Shown: one piece after another, positions 9,634 through 17,746 of the stretch
Numbering within the stretch: position 1 is the first letter of the stretch
How the letters are laid out: each line of letters begins with the position of its first letter
Source: Thermodesulfobacteriota bacterium
GTDB lineage: Bacteria; DASVDK01
Length of the DNA: 57,088 bases
Reading direction: 5' to 3'
Assembly (NCBI GenBank): GCA_036381125.1
Contig: DASVDK010000379.1
Span: 1 to 57,088, forward strand
Program-made: the position numbers and the translations under genes
The notes under the pieces: generated by a model
What the model was told of the DNA's origin: nothing
Seen by the model: only the letters and a program-made list of their open reading frames with translations
Database searches by the model: none

Positions 9634-10437
9634 TCACGGCCTCGCCTCCATGTGGGCGCTCGCGCGCAGGGCCCCCTTGCCGGCGCGGTCCCGGGCCTGC
9701 CCGGGGCCGGCGACGCCGTCGATCCGCGGCACGACGTCTCGCGCCGCGCGCGCGAGGTCCTCCGGAAAGTCGATCTCGATCCACGGCATCCCGTCGGTCG
9801 GGATCGCGGCGATCGGCGTCTCCGCGAGGATCTCCTGGTAGGCCGCGGGGGCCCAGGCCGACAGCCGGCCCTCCGACAGGAGCCCTCGCGCCGCCCGGAA
9901 GAGCGCCCGGCGTCCCTCCCGACCGAACTTGACGACCCCCACGTTCTCGCCGTCGGTGATCGACCGGTCGAGGCGCTTGTCGATGGCCACGAGCCGGCCT
10001 GCCGTGACCGAGACCTTCATCGCCTCGTCGTCGAGCCGCGACTCGAGGTCGACGAGGAGCGCGTTGTCGGAGGGATCGGCGAGCAGGCGCTCGACCAGCG
10101 TCGGGTGGATCAGGACGTCGCTGTTGAGCAGCAGCATCGGTCCCTCCGGCATCGCGTCCTCCGCCAGCGCCAGGCTGTAGAGACTGTTCGTCACCTCGAA
10201 GTGCGGGTTATGCACGCAGCGCGCCCGGCCGGCGCACGCGGCGCGAACCGCGTCGGCGCCGTGTCCGGTCACCACCACCACCTCCTCGATGCCGAGGTCG
10301 GCGAGAAGGGTGAGCTGGCGCTCCAGCAGCGTGCGGCCGCCGAGGACGAGCAGACACTTCGGGATGTCACGCGTGAGAGGCATGAGTCGCCGGCTCACGC
10401 CTGCCGCGAGGATCACGGCGCAGGAGGATTCGGCCAT
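9634..10437 (-). CDS. sugar/alcohol-phosphate nucleotidyltransferase (LicC / MobA-like NTP-transferase fold)
   Basis: ORF 9634..10437 with an ATG start and AAGGAG 10 nt upstream. N-terminal AVILAAGVSRRLMPLTRDIPKCLL is a nucleotide-binding loop. C-terminal WIEIDFPEDLARA is typical of LicC-type cytidylyltransferases. Confidence 0.8.
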   Translation of the reverse strand: MAESSCAVILAAGVSRRLMPLTRDIPKCLLVLGGRTLLERQLTLLADLGIEEVVVVTGHGADAVRAACAGRARCVHNPHFEVTNSLYSLALAEDAMPEGPMLLLNSDVLIHPTLVERLLADPSDNALLVDLESRLDDEAMKVSVTAGRLVAIDKRLDRSITDGENVGVVKFGREGRRALFRAARGLLSEGRLSAWAPAAYQEILAETPIAAIPTDGMPWIEIDFPEDLARAARDVVPRIDGVAGPGQARDRAGKGALRASAHMEARP

Positions 10438-11596
10438 CGGTGTTGGACTCCTTGGTGAACGCCGCCGGAGGCGGCGCGAGCTCGAGCAGCCGGTAGATCG
10501 CCGCCACGGCCCGATCCGTGGCGGTCCCCGGGCGGTAGAAGAGGCGCCGGGCGACCCGGCGCCTGTCGGCCCGCCGCGCCGTCGGGTCGGCGAGGCCGGC
10601 CCTGACCGCGGCCGCCGCCTCCTCGGCGGTGCGGACCGTCGTGGCCGCTTCGCGCAGCCAGGTCACGTGGTCGCCGGTGACCCGGGCGGCGCGGAGCAGA
10701 TCGGGCTCGTCGACGACGACGAGCGGCCGGTCGAGGAGGAGGTACTCGAAGCCGATCGACGAGTGATCGGTGACGAGGCAGTCGGCCGCGGACAACGCCG
10801 TCGTCGCGTCCGGGTCGCGCACGAGCCGCACCCGACCCGCCGCCTCGAGGGCGGCGAGCCTCGCCGGCCAGTGGACCCCGGACGAGTACGCCGGTCTCGG
10901 GTCGAACGCCCGGTCGTGCAACTTGACCACCACATCGGCGTCCAGCCTGCCCAGCGCGTCGAGGAGCGCCTCTCCCTTCCGGGCGAGAGACGACTGCGGC
11001 GACCAGGTCGGCGCGTAGAGCACGGCCGGACGCGGCCCGGCGAGCCCGAGCGCCGCACGCGCCGCCTCGCGCGTGAGCGACCCGTCCACCAGCCGGTCCA
11101 CCTTCGGCATCCCGATGAGGTAGGCGTTGCGTCGATCGGCCAGCCCGGCGGCGCGGTAGCGCCGCAGGCGGTCGCGGTTGACGAAGAAGTACGCGTCGAA
11201 GCGCCCGATGGAGGGGTCGGGCGTGTCGAGGCCGTACTTCCCCGCGACGCCGTGGAAGATGTGCACCCGCCGGACGCGGCGCTTGAGCCAGGTCGCGACG
11301 AAGTCGGCGCACACGTAGAGGTCGAAGCGCATGAGCTGCGCCTCGAGGCGGGAGATGATGCGGTGACGGACACCGACCTGCTCGTAGAGCGCGTACGGAC
11401 GGCCCGGCTCCTCGCCCGCCATGTGCCACTGCTCGATCCTGGCGTCCGCGGCCAGCCGCGAGGCGACCGGACGCCACATGACGTAGTTCATCGGCGTCCT
11501 GGCGTCGAAGAGGATTCGCTTCGGCCGGGCTCGCAGCGTGTCGATCGCGTCGTCGGCGTCGCGCAGGGCCTTCGTGAGCCACCGCGGCAGCTTCAC
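10367..11596 (-). CDS. TagF/TagB-like CDP-alcohol (glycerophospho)transferase, second copy
   Basis: ORF 10367..11596 (GTG start). IFHGVAGKYG, VLYAPTWS, VVKLHDRAFD and LVTDHSSIGFEYLLLDRPLV are collinear with 3492..4742. Its 3' end overlaps the next gene by 71 nt. Confidence 0.85.
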   Translation of the reverse strand: MKLPRWLTKALRDADDAIDTLRARPKRILFDARTPMNYVMWRPVASRLAADARIEQWHMAGEEPGRPYALYEQVGVRHRIISRLEAQLMRFDLYVCADFVATWLKRRVRRVHIFHGVAGKYGLDTPDPSIGRFDAYFFVNRDRLRRYRAAGLADRRNAYLIGMPKVDRLVDGSLTREAARAALGLAGPRPAVLYAPTWSPQSSLARKGEALLDALGRLDADVVVKLHDRAFDPRPAYSSGVHWPARLAALEAAGRVRLVRDPDATTALSAADCLVTDHSSIGFEYLLLDRPLVVVDEPDLLRAARVTGDHVTWLREAATTVRTAEEAAAAVRAGLADPTARRADRRRVARRLFYRPGTATDRAVAAIYRLLELAPPPAAFTKESNTDGRILLRRDPRGRREPATHASHA

Positions 11597-11645
11597 GCAC
11601 GCCCCCGTCGCCGGCGCGGCGCCGCCGCCGGCCTCCCCGTTGCGC

Positions 11646-12629
11646 TCACGCCCGCCTCGGGCGGCGTCGCGGGCCGAGCCCGCGCACGGCCCTGAGGACG
11701 CGGCGCGCCCGCTCCACCGCCCCCGGCCCGACCTGCGCCGCGAGGAGCACCGCGGCCCGGCGGGGCGCGAGCGGCTGCAGCGCGAGCGACCGCCTCAGGG
11801 CGGCCGCGGCGCCGGCCGCGTCGCCCCGGAACCGCAGCAGGTCGTCCGCGTGGTCCGCGTGCAGCAGGGCGAGGCGGCGGCGTCTGAGCCACGCGCGTCC
11901 GACGGCGGTCCGCGCGAGCCCCCCGCGGGCGAGCGCGCCCTCGAGCGGCGCGACCTGCCCCAGGAAGCTCCGCTCCACGTTCGTGCGCCCGAGGCTCTCC
12001 GCGTGCCACAGGTAGACGGCCGCGACCTCCGGCACGAAGGCGAAGCTGCCGCGCGCGGCGAGCCTGAGCCACAGGTCGTAGTCCTCGATGACCTCGCGCC
12101 GCTCGTCGAAGCCGCCCACGGCCTCGAGCGCGGCGCGGCGCGCCACGACGGTGGAGGTGTGGACGAAGTTGTGCCAGAAGAGGGCGCGCAGCACCCGCCC
12201 GCGCCGCGCCGCGGCCGGCACCCGGTACGCGAGCGGGTCGAACGGGATCTCGCGCCCCTCCGCGTCGACGAACGTCACGAGGGCGTGCACGAGCACGGCG
12301 GACGGCTCGGCGTCGAGGGCCGCGAGCCTCGGCGCCAGCCCGCCCGCGCGCCAGCGGTCGTCGGCGTCGAGGAAGGCGACGAGCGGCGCCCGGGCCGCGG
12401 CGATGCCCGCGTTGCGCGCGGCGCCCGGGCCGCCGTTGCCGCACCGCAGCACGCGCACCCGGGGCGAGACGGCCCCGGCGACGTCCGCCGTATCGTCCTG
12501 CGACCCGTCGTCGACGACGATCACCTCCACGTCCGCGCCGCTCTGCGCGAGCGCGCTCTCGATCGCGCCGGCGACGTGCCGCGCAGCGTTGTAGGCAGGA
12601 ATGACGACGCTCACGTTGGGGGTCGACAT
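11646..12629 (-). CDS. family 2 glycosyltransferase
   Basis: C-terminal 327 codons of ORF 11646..13733, starting at ATG 12629 (MSTPNVSVVIPAYNAARHV). Motifs: VIVVDDGSQDDT, FLDADD. Confidence 0.85.
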   Translation of the reverse strand: MSTPNVSVVIPAYNAARHVAGAIESALAQSGADVEVIVVDDGSQDDTADVAGAVSPRVRVLRCGNGGPGAARNAGIAAARAPLVAFLDADDRWRAGGLAPRLAALDAEPSAVLVHALVTFVDAEGREIPFDPLAYRVPAAARRGRVLRALFWHNFVHTSTVVARRAALEAVGGFDERREVIEDYDLWLRLAARGSFAFVPEVAAVYLWHAESLGRTNVERSFLGQVAPLEGALARGGLARTAVGRAWLRRRRLALLHADHADDLLRFRGDAAGAAAALRRSLALQPLAPRRAAVLLAAQVGPGAVERARRVLRAVRGLGPRRRPRRA

Positions 12630-12661
12630 GAGCGCTGCTGCGAGCAAGTACCGTGCCGCGC

Positions 12662-13810
12662 TCAGGCGCGTGTGCGGATCCAGACGGCGCGATCGCCTCG
12701 CAGGAAACGGACGAGGGCGACGCAGGCCGCCCAGTTGAGGAGGACGAAGACGTAGGCGGCGCCCGCCACGCGCGCCGCGAGACCGCGCCGCCGGCCGGGG
12801 CGGCCGTCGGCCGCGGATCCGACGAGGGCCACGCCGTACGCCGCCCAGTGCAGGAGGCCGAAGACGGCGTAGGCGCCGTCGAGGAAGACGGTGGAGACGG
12901 CGACCAGTGCGAGCCAGGCCGGCACGGCGAGCCGCGCCACCTTGTGCGCCAGGAACCGGCCGAGGACGGGGTTGCGCCGGGTGAGGAGCGCGGGGTAGCG
13001 TGCGAGGAGCTGGTAGTTGCCGTAGAGCGTCCGGACCTTTCGCGGCAGCTCGTGGTTCCCGCTCGGCGCCACCCGGTCGACCGCGATCGCCCGCTCGTCG
13101 AGGACGCTGCGCGCGCCGGCGAGGACGGCCAGCATCGGGATGGCGACGTCGTCGAGGATCGTGTCGGGCGCGATCGGCTGGTAGAGCCGGCGCCGGATGG
13201 CGTAGATGGCGCCGGTCGCGCCGAGGGTGGAGCCGACCGCGCTCTCGCGTGCGCGCAGCCACAGCTCGTAGCGCCAGTAGAGCGAGAGGCCCTCGGCGAC
13301 CTCGCCCCCGTCGGTGTCCTCGAGCACGAGGCGGCCGCTCGCGACCCCCACGCTCGGGTCGGCGAAGTTCTCCACGAGGAGTCGGACCGCCGACCGGCGG
13401 AAGCGCTGTCGCGCGTCGGCGAAGAGGACGATCTCGCCGCGCGCCGCCGCCACGCCGGCGTTGAGGGCGGCCGCCTTGCCGGTCGGGCGCTCGAGCGCGA
13501 TCACCGTGACGCGCGGGTCGCCCGCGGCCGCCTCCCGGGCGCGCTCCGGCGTGCCGTCGGTCGAGCCGTCGGAGACCACGATCACGGAGAGCCGGTCCGC
13601 GGGGTAGTCGAGGGCGAGCAGGTCGGCGAGCCGCGGCCCGATCCGGTCGGCCTCGTCCCTGACGGCGAGCACGACCGAGACGGTCGGCAGGACCGGCCCG
13701 CGTGACACCGGCCGCGGAGCAAGGCGGGCCCATGCCCAGAGGGCGAGCGGATACCCAACGTAGGTGCCGAAGACGCCCCCGAGGGAAACCCAGAAGACGA
13801 TCTCCGCCAT
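12662..13810 (-). CDS. membrane-anchored family 2 glycosyltransferase (synthase-like)
   Basis: ORF 12662..13810 with an ATG start. It has an N-terminal TM segment, then VSVVLAVRDE, VIVVSDGSTDGT and FADARQ, and C-terminal TM helices. Confidence 0.85.
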   Translation of the reverse strand: MAEIVFWVSLGGVFGTYVGYPLALWAWARLAPRPVSRGPVLPTVSVVLAVRDEADRIGPRLADLLALDYPADRLSVIVVSDGSTDGTPERAREAAAGDPRVTVIALERPTGKAAALNAGVAAARGEIVLFADARQRFRRSAVRLLVENFADPSVGVASGRLVLEDTDGGEVAEGLSLYWRYELWLRARESAVGSTLGATGAIYAIRRRLYQPIAPDTILDDVAIPMLAVLAGARSVLDERAIAVDRVAPSGNHELPRKVRTLYGNYQLLARYPALLTRRNPVLGRFLAHKVARLAVPAWLALVAVSTVFLDGAYAVFGLLHWAAYGVALVGSAADGRPGRRRGLAARVAGAAYVFVLLNWAACVALVRFLRGDRAVWIRTRA

Positions 13811-13837
13811 GACGCCTCTCTCGGGTGGTCGTCCCCG

Positions 13838-14014
13838 CTAGCGGCCGAGGAACGCGGCGGCGTCCACCGCCGCCATGGCCGCCTCGCGCGCCGCCTTTCG
13901 GCTCGCGCCGAGGGCCGCTCCGGCGAGCACGTACCCGACGGCGGGCACCAGCGCGAGGCGGATGACGACGTCCCAGTTGAACAGCCGCTTCATACGGCGG
14001 ACGACTCGACGCAT
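13838..14014 (-). CDS. small hypothetical membrane protein (58 aa)
   Basis: Part of ORF 13838..14047. ATG 14014 is preceded by AAGGGAGGGGGG. One hydrophobic helix (VVIRLALVPAVGYVLAGAAL). It fits tightly between operon genes. Confidence 0.45.
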   Translation of the reverse strand: MRRVVRRMKRLFNWDVVIRLALVPAVGYVLAGAALGASRKAAREAAMAAVDAAAFLGR

Positions 14015-14060
14015 CCTGCCCCCCTCCCTTGCCGGACGGGCCAGCAAGAGGCGTGCCCCA

Positions 14061-15458
14061 TCACCGCCCGCGACCGAAGAGGATCACCTTGATCGTCTCG
14101 AACAGGATCGACAGGTCGAGCGCGAGCGACATGTGCTTGATGTAGAAGAGGTCGTACTGCAGCTTCTCGACCGCGTCCTGCACGGAGGCGCCGTACGGGT
14201 AGCGCACCTGGGCCCACCCGGTGAGCCCCGGCTTCACCGTGTGGCGCTGGTCGTAGTACGGGATGACCTTCCGGAGCTGCTCGACGAAGTACGGGCGCTC
14301 CGGCCTCGGGCCGACGATGCTCATGTCGCCCCGCAGCACGTTCCAGAGCTGCGGGATCTCGTCGATGCGCGTCTTGCGGAGGAAGGCGCCGATCCGGGTG
14401 ACCCGCGGGTCGTTCTCCTCGGCCCAGACCGGGCGCCCGTCCGCCTCCGCGTCGGTGCGCATCGAGCGGAACTTGTAGAGCGTGAAGAGCTTGCCGTCCT
14501 GGCCGACCCGCTCCTGCGCGAAGAAGACCGGACCGGGAGAGTCGAGCCGGATCAGCGCCGCCACGATCAGGGTGACCGGCGCCGAGAGGACCAGCCCGAC
14601 CACCGAGATCACGATCCCGGTGAGGCGCTTCACGACTCGCGTGAAGAGCGACTTGCGGAAGCCGTCGGAGAAGATCAGGAACGAGGGCTTCAGGTTCTCG
14701 AGCAGGATCTTCCCGGAGACCCGCTCGTAGAACGACGTGCCCTCCTCGACCTTCACGCCGGCCATCCGCACCGCGAGCAGCGCGTCGACCGGCAGCCGGC
14801 CCCGGGCCTCGGAGAGCGCCACGACCACGCGCTGCACGCGCTCTCGCCGCACCACGTCGAGGAGCGAGTCATCCCCCCCGAGCACCGGCGCCCGCCCCTC
14901 GACGGCCGCCGATTGACCCGGCCCGTCCGCGATGTGCCCCACGATCCGGAAGCCGAGGGCCGGCTGCGACCGGACCTCGGCCGAGACGGCCTGCGCGTGC
15001 GGGCCGGTACCGAGCACCAGGACCCGCTCGTGGAAGCCGTCGACCCGGAGCATGCGATCGTAGAGGAGGCGCCAGAGGATCAGGAGCGCCGCGCCGAGGC
15101 CGATGGCGGTGAGGAACACGCCACGGGCGATGATCAGCCCGGGGAAGGCGAGGTAGAGGATCGCGACCACGATCGACGTGGCCGCGAGCGACTCGAGGAT
15201 TCGCCGCAGGAGGTCGGGCCCCGGCCTCGCGACGCGGAAGTCGTACAGGTCGTTGTAGTAGAGGCAGATCTGGCAGACGGCCGCCACCACGAAGCCCTTC
15301 GCGAGGAGGACGCCCGTCGCGGCGCCGCCCGGCAGGCCGCCTCGCTCCGCCCCGCCGAACGTCAGGACGACCGCAACGAGGATCGCGGCGAGAAGCAGGA
15401 GGTCCTCGACGACGATGAAGACGAGCCGACGGATCGAGTGACGCAGGAGGGCGAGCAT
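14061..15458 (-). CDS. polyprenyl-phosphate glycosyl-phosphotransferase (WbaP/EpsB-like priming transferase)
   Basis: ORF 14061..15458 with an ATG start. N-terminal TM bundle and a C-terminal bacterial sugar-transferase domain ([56 protein letters not shown]). Confidence 0.9.
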   Translation of the reverse strand: MLALLRHSIRRLVFIVVEDLLLLAAILVAVVLTFGGAERGGLPGGAATGVLLAKGFVVAAVCQICLYYNDLYDFRVARPGPDLLRRILESLAATSIVVAILYLAFPGLIIARGVFLTAIGLGAALLILWRLLYDRMLRVDGFHERVLVLGTGPHAQAVSAEVRSQPALGFRIVGHIADGPGQSAAVEGRAPVLGGDDSLLDVVRRERVQRVVVALSEARGRLPVDALLAVRMAGVKVEEGTSFYERVSGKILLENLKPSFLIFSDGFRKSLFTRVVKRLTGIVISVVGLVLSAPVTLIVAALIRLDSPGPVFFAQERVGQDGKLFTLYKFRSMRTDAEADGRPVWAEENDPRVTRIGAFLRKTRIDEIPQLWNVLRGDMSIVGPRPERPYFVEQLRKVIPYYDQRHTVKPGLTGWAQVRYPYGASVQDAVEKLQYDLFYIKHMSLALDLSILFETIKVILFGRGR

Positions 15459-15533
15459 GACCCCCTCGACGGTGCCGGGGCTGGCCCTCCTCCACCCCCG
15501 GCGCCGGTCTGGCCGGACGCGATACCCTACGCG

Positions 15534-16583
15534 TCAGGCGCCGTAGTCGTACTGGTAGTAGTCGGCGTAGTAGCGGAACTCGTCCGTCCGGTTGAGGACG
15601 AAGCCGAGCAGCACCGCGCCGTGCAGCCGATCGAGCGTGCGATCGAGAAGGCGTCTCGGCGTGTGTCCCGCCTGGAGGACGAGGACGACGCCGTCCGCGA
15701 GCCCGCTCAGGATCGCCGGATCGGGGACCGGGATCACCGGCGGCGTGTCGAGGACCACCAGGTCGAAGCGCGCCGCCAGCGTCTCCACGACCTCCCGCAT
15801 CCCGTTCGACGCGAGCAGCTCCGCGGGATTCGGCGGCAGGTGCCCAGCCGGCACGACCCACAGGTCGTTCACCGGCGTGGATACCAGGACCGAGTCCAGG
15901 CCCGCGCGGCGGCGCAGGACGTCGGCCAGGCCGTCCCGCGACGGAAGGCCGAAGAGCGCGCCGATGCCCGGGCTCCGCAGGTCGCAGTCCACCAGGCAGA
16001 TCCGGCGGCCGAGCTCCTGGCCGAGCGCGATGGCGAGGTTCGACGCCGTGGTCGTCTTGCCCTCGCCGGCCAGCGGGCTCGTGACCACGATCGTGCGCAT
16101 GGGCACTTCGCGCGCGTACACGGCGAGCTGCTGCCGGATCGCCCGGAACTGCTCGGCCGCGAGCGAACGCGGCTTGGTGAAGGCCACGAGCGCGTCGTCG
16201 AGACGCAGGTCGGGCGGGGCGGTCCGCTCGGGCAGCGGGACCGACGGGGCGCGCACGCGCGGCTCCGCGGCCGCGGCCGACTTCACGCGGCCGGCCGGCT
16301 CCGCGGTCGTGGTCGTCCTCGCCTGCGCGGCCGGCTCCGCGGTCGCGGCCGACCTCCGGTCCGCTGTCGGCTCCGGGGGGGCCGGCGACGGCACGGGGCT
16401 CGCTCGCGCCGGCGCGCTCGCCGGCTCGGCGGCCCGGGTCCGCGTCGCGCCGTCCGCCGGCTCGGCAGCCCGGGTCGCCGCGGCGGGGCGCTCCGGCTCG
16501 GCGACGGCCGGCAGGTCGCCGGATCGGCGCGCCTCCTCCCGCTCGCGCTCGGCCCGCCTCAGCGCCTCGTGAACCTTGCTCAC
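15534..16583 (-). CDS. stand-alone bacterial tyrosine autokinase (BY-kinase, CpsD/EpsG-like)
   Basis: C-terminal 349 codons of ORF 15534..16748. GTG 16583 lies in a GTGA overlap. Walker A is SPLAGEGKTTTASNLA, Walker A' is LVDCDLRSP and Walker B is LVVLDTPPV. C-terminal Tyr cluster YYADYYQYDYGA. The Pro/Ala-rich N-terminal half carries AAEP repeats. Confidence 0.85.
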   Translation of the reverse strand: MSKVHEALRRAEREREEARRSGDLPAVAEPERPAAATRAAEPADGATRTRAAEPASAPARASPVPSPAPPEPTADRRSAATAEPAAQARTTTTAEPAGRVKSAAAAEPRVRAPSVPLPERTAPPDLRLDDALVAFTKPRSLAAEQFRAIRQQLAVYAREVPMRTIVVTSPLAGEGKTTTASNLAIALGQELGRRICLVDCDLRSPGIGALFGLPSRDGLADVLRRRAGLDSVLVSTPVNDLWVVPAGHLPPNPAELLASNGMREVVETLAARFDLVVLDTPPVIPVPDPAILSGLADGVVLVLQAGHTPRRLLDRTLDRLHGAVLLGFVLNRTDEFRYYADYYQYDYGA

Positions 16584-17734
16584 CGTGCACCTCCCCTGTC
16601 GCCGGCCGCGGCGCCCGAGACCGGTCGCTCGCCGCTCACCCACCGGTCCACGTGCGCGACGATGCGCGGCCCGAGGTCGCCGGCCGCGACGGCGACGAGA
16701 CCGGCCAGCACGGCCGCCACGACGAGGCCGCCGACGAGCCGGCGCCACCCGTGACGCCCCGCGCGCGGCCCCGGCGCGCCGGTCGCGCCGCCCGCCCAGG
16801 CCGGCGCGGCTTCGGGCTCCTTGCGCATGACCGCGTCGTCCGCCCAGGCCGGTGCGGCTTCGGGCTCCCTGCGCATGACCGCGTCGCCGTCGACGGCCTC
16901 GGCCGCCGCGAGGTCCCGGAACCCGGTCTCCCCGGTCGGCTCCAGGTCGCGGACCGCCTCGATCACCGCCCCGTCGTCGACCAGGCGTTGCTCCTTCGCG
17001 TACGCGGTCAGGAGCGCGTTGTCGGCCAGGATGTTGATGAGTCGCGGGATGCCCCGCGAGTAGTAGTAGATCTCGTCGAGCGCTCGATCCGTGAAGATCC
17101 GACCGGTCGCCCCCGCGATCCTGAGCCGCTGCACGATGTAATCCAGCGTCTCGGTGCGCGTCAGCGGCGGGATGTGGTACCGGAGGCTGATGCGCTGCTT
17201 GAGCTGCCGGAGGCTCGGGTGGTTCAGCGTGAGGTTCAGCTCGGGCTGACCGACCAGGACGAGCTGGAGCAGCTTCTCCTTGGACGTCTCGAGGTTCGAC
17301 AGGAGCCGGACCGACTCGAGCAGCTCGCGCGAGAGGTTCTGGGCCTCGTCGATGATGAGGACGGAGTTCTCCCCGCGGGCAAGCCGGTCGATGAGCCAGG
17401 CGTTCAGCTCGGCCACGAGGTCGCCGACCGACGTCGAGGTGGTCGGGACGCCGAAGTCCTCCACGACGGCGCGCATCAGGTCGGCCTGCGAGAGGCTCGT
17501 GTTGAACAGGTACGCCGCCCGGACGTTGGGGTCGAGCCGGTCGAGGAGCGTGTGGAGCAGCGTCGTCTTGCCCGACCCGACCTCGCCCGTCAGCACGAGG
17601 AAGCCCTTCCGCTCCCGGACCCCGTAGGTGAGGATGGCGAGCGCCTCCTGGTGGTGCGCCGAGAGGTAGAGGAAGCGCGGATCGGGCGTGACGTTGAACG
17701 GCCGCTCCGCGAACCCGAAGAACCGGAGGTACAC
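16580..17734 (-). CDS. ExeA-like AAA ATPase with C-terminal membrane anchor (EPS-locus secretion ATPase type)
   Basis: ORF 16580..17734 (GTG start, AGGAG upstream). N-terminal FFGFAERPFNVTPDPRFLY, Walker A LTGEVGSGKTTL, Walker B VLIIDEAQNL, and a C-terminal TM segment LVGGLVVAAVLAGLVAVAA. Confidence 0.85.
   Translation of the reverse strand: MYLRFFGFAERPFNVTPDPRFLYLSAHHQEALAILTYGVRERKGFLVLTGEVGSGKTTLLHTLLDRLDPNVRAAYLFNTSLSQADLMRAVVEDFGVPTTSTSVGDLVAELNAWLIDRLARGENSVLIIDEAQNLSRELLESVRLLSNLETSKEKLLQLVLVGQPELNLTLNHPSLRQLKQRISLRYHIPPLTRTETLDYIVQRLRIAGATGRIFTDRALDEIYYYSRGIPRLINILADNALLTAYAKEQRLVDDGAVIEAVRDLEPTGETGFRDLAAAEAVDGDAVMRREPEAAPAWADDAVMRKEPEAAPAWAGGATGAPGPRAGRHGWRRLVGGLVVAAVLAGLVAVAAGDLGPRIVAHVDRWVSGERPVSGAAAGDRGGAR
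16793..16888. repeat. 48-bp tandem duplication (2 copies, 3 mismatches) inside the ATPase gene
   Basis: CGCCCAGGCCGGCGCGGCTTCGGGCTCCTTGCGCATGACCGCGTCGTC is followed directly by a near-identical copy. It encodes DAVMRREPEAAPAWAD / DAVMRKEPEAAPAWAG. Confidence 0.85.
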
Positions 17735-17746
17735 GAGCCGTCGCTC

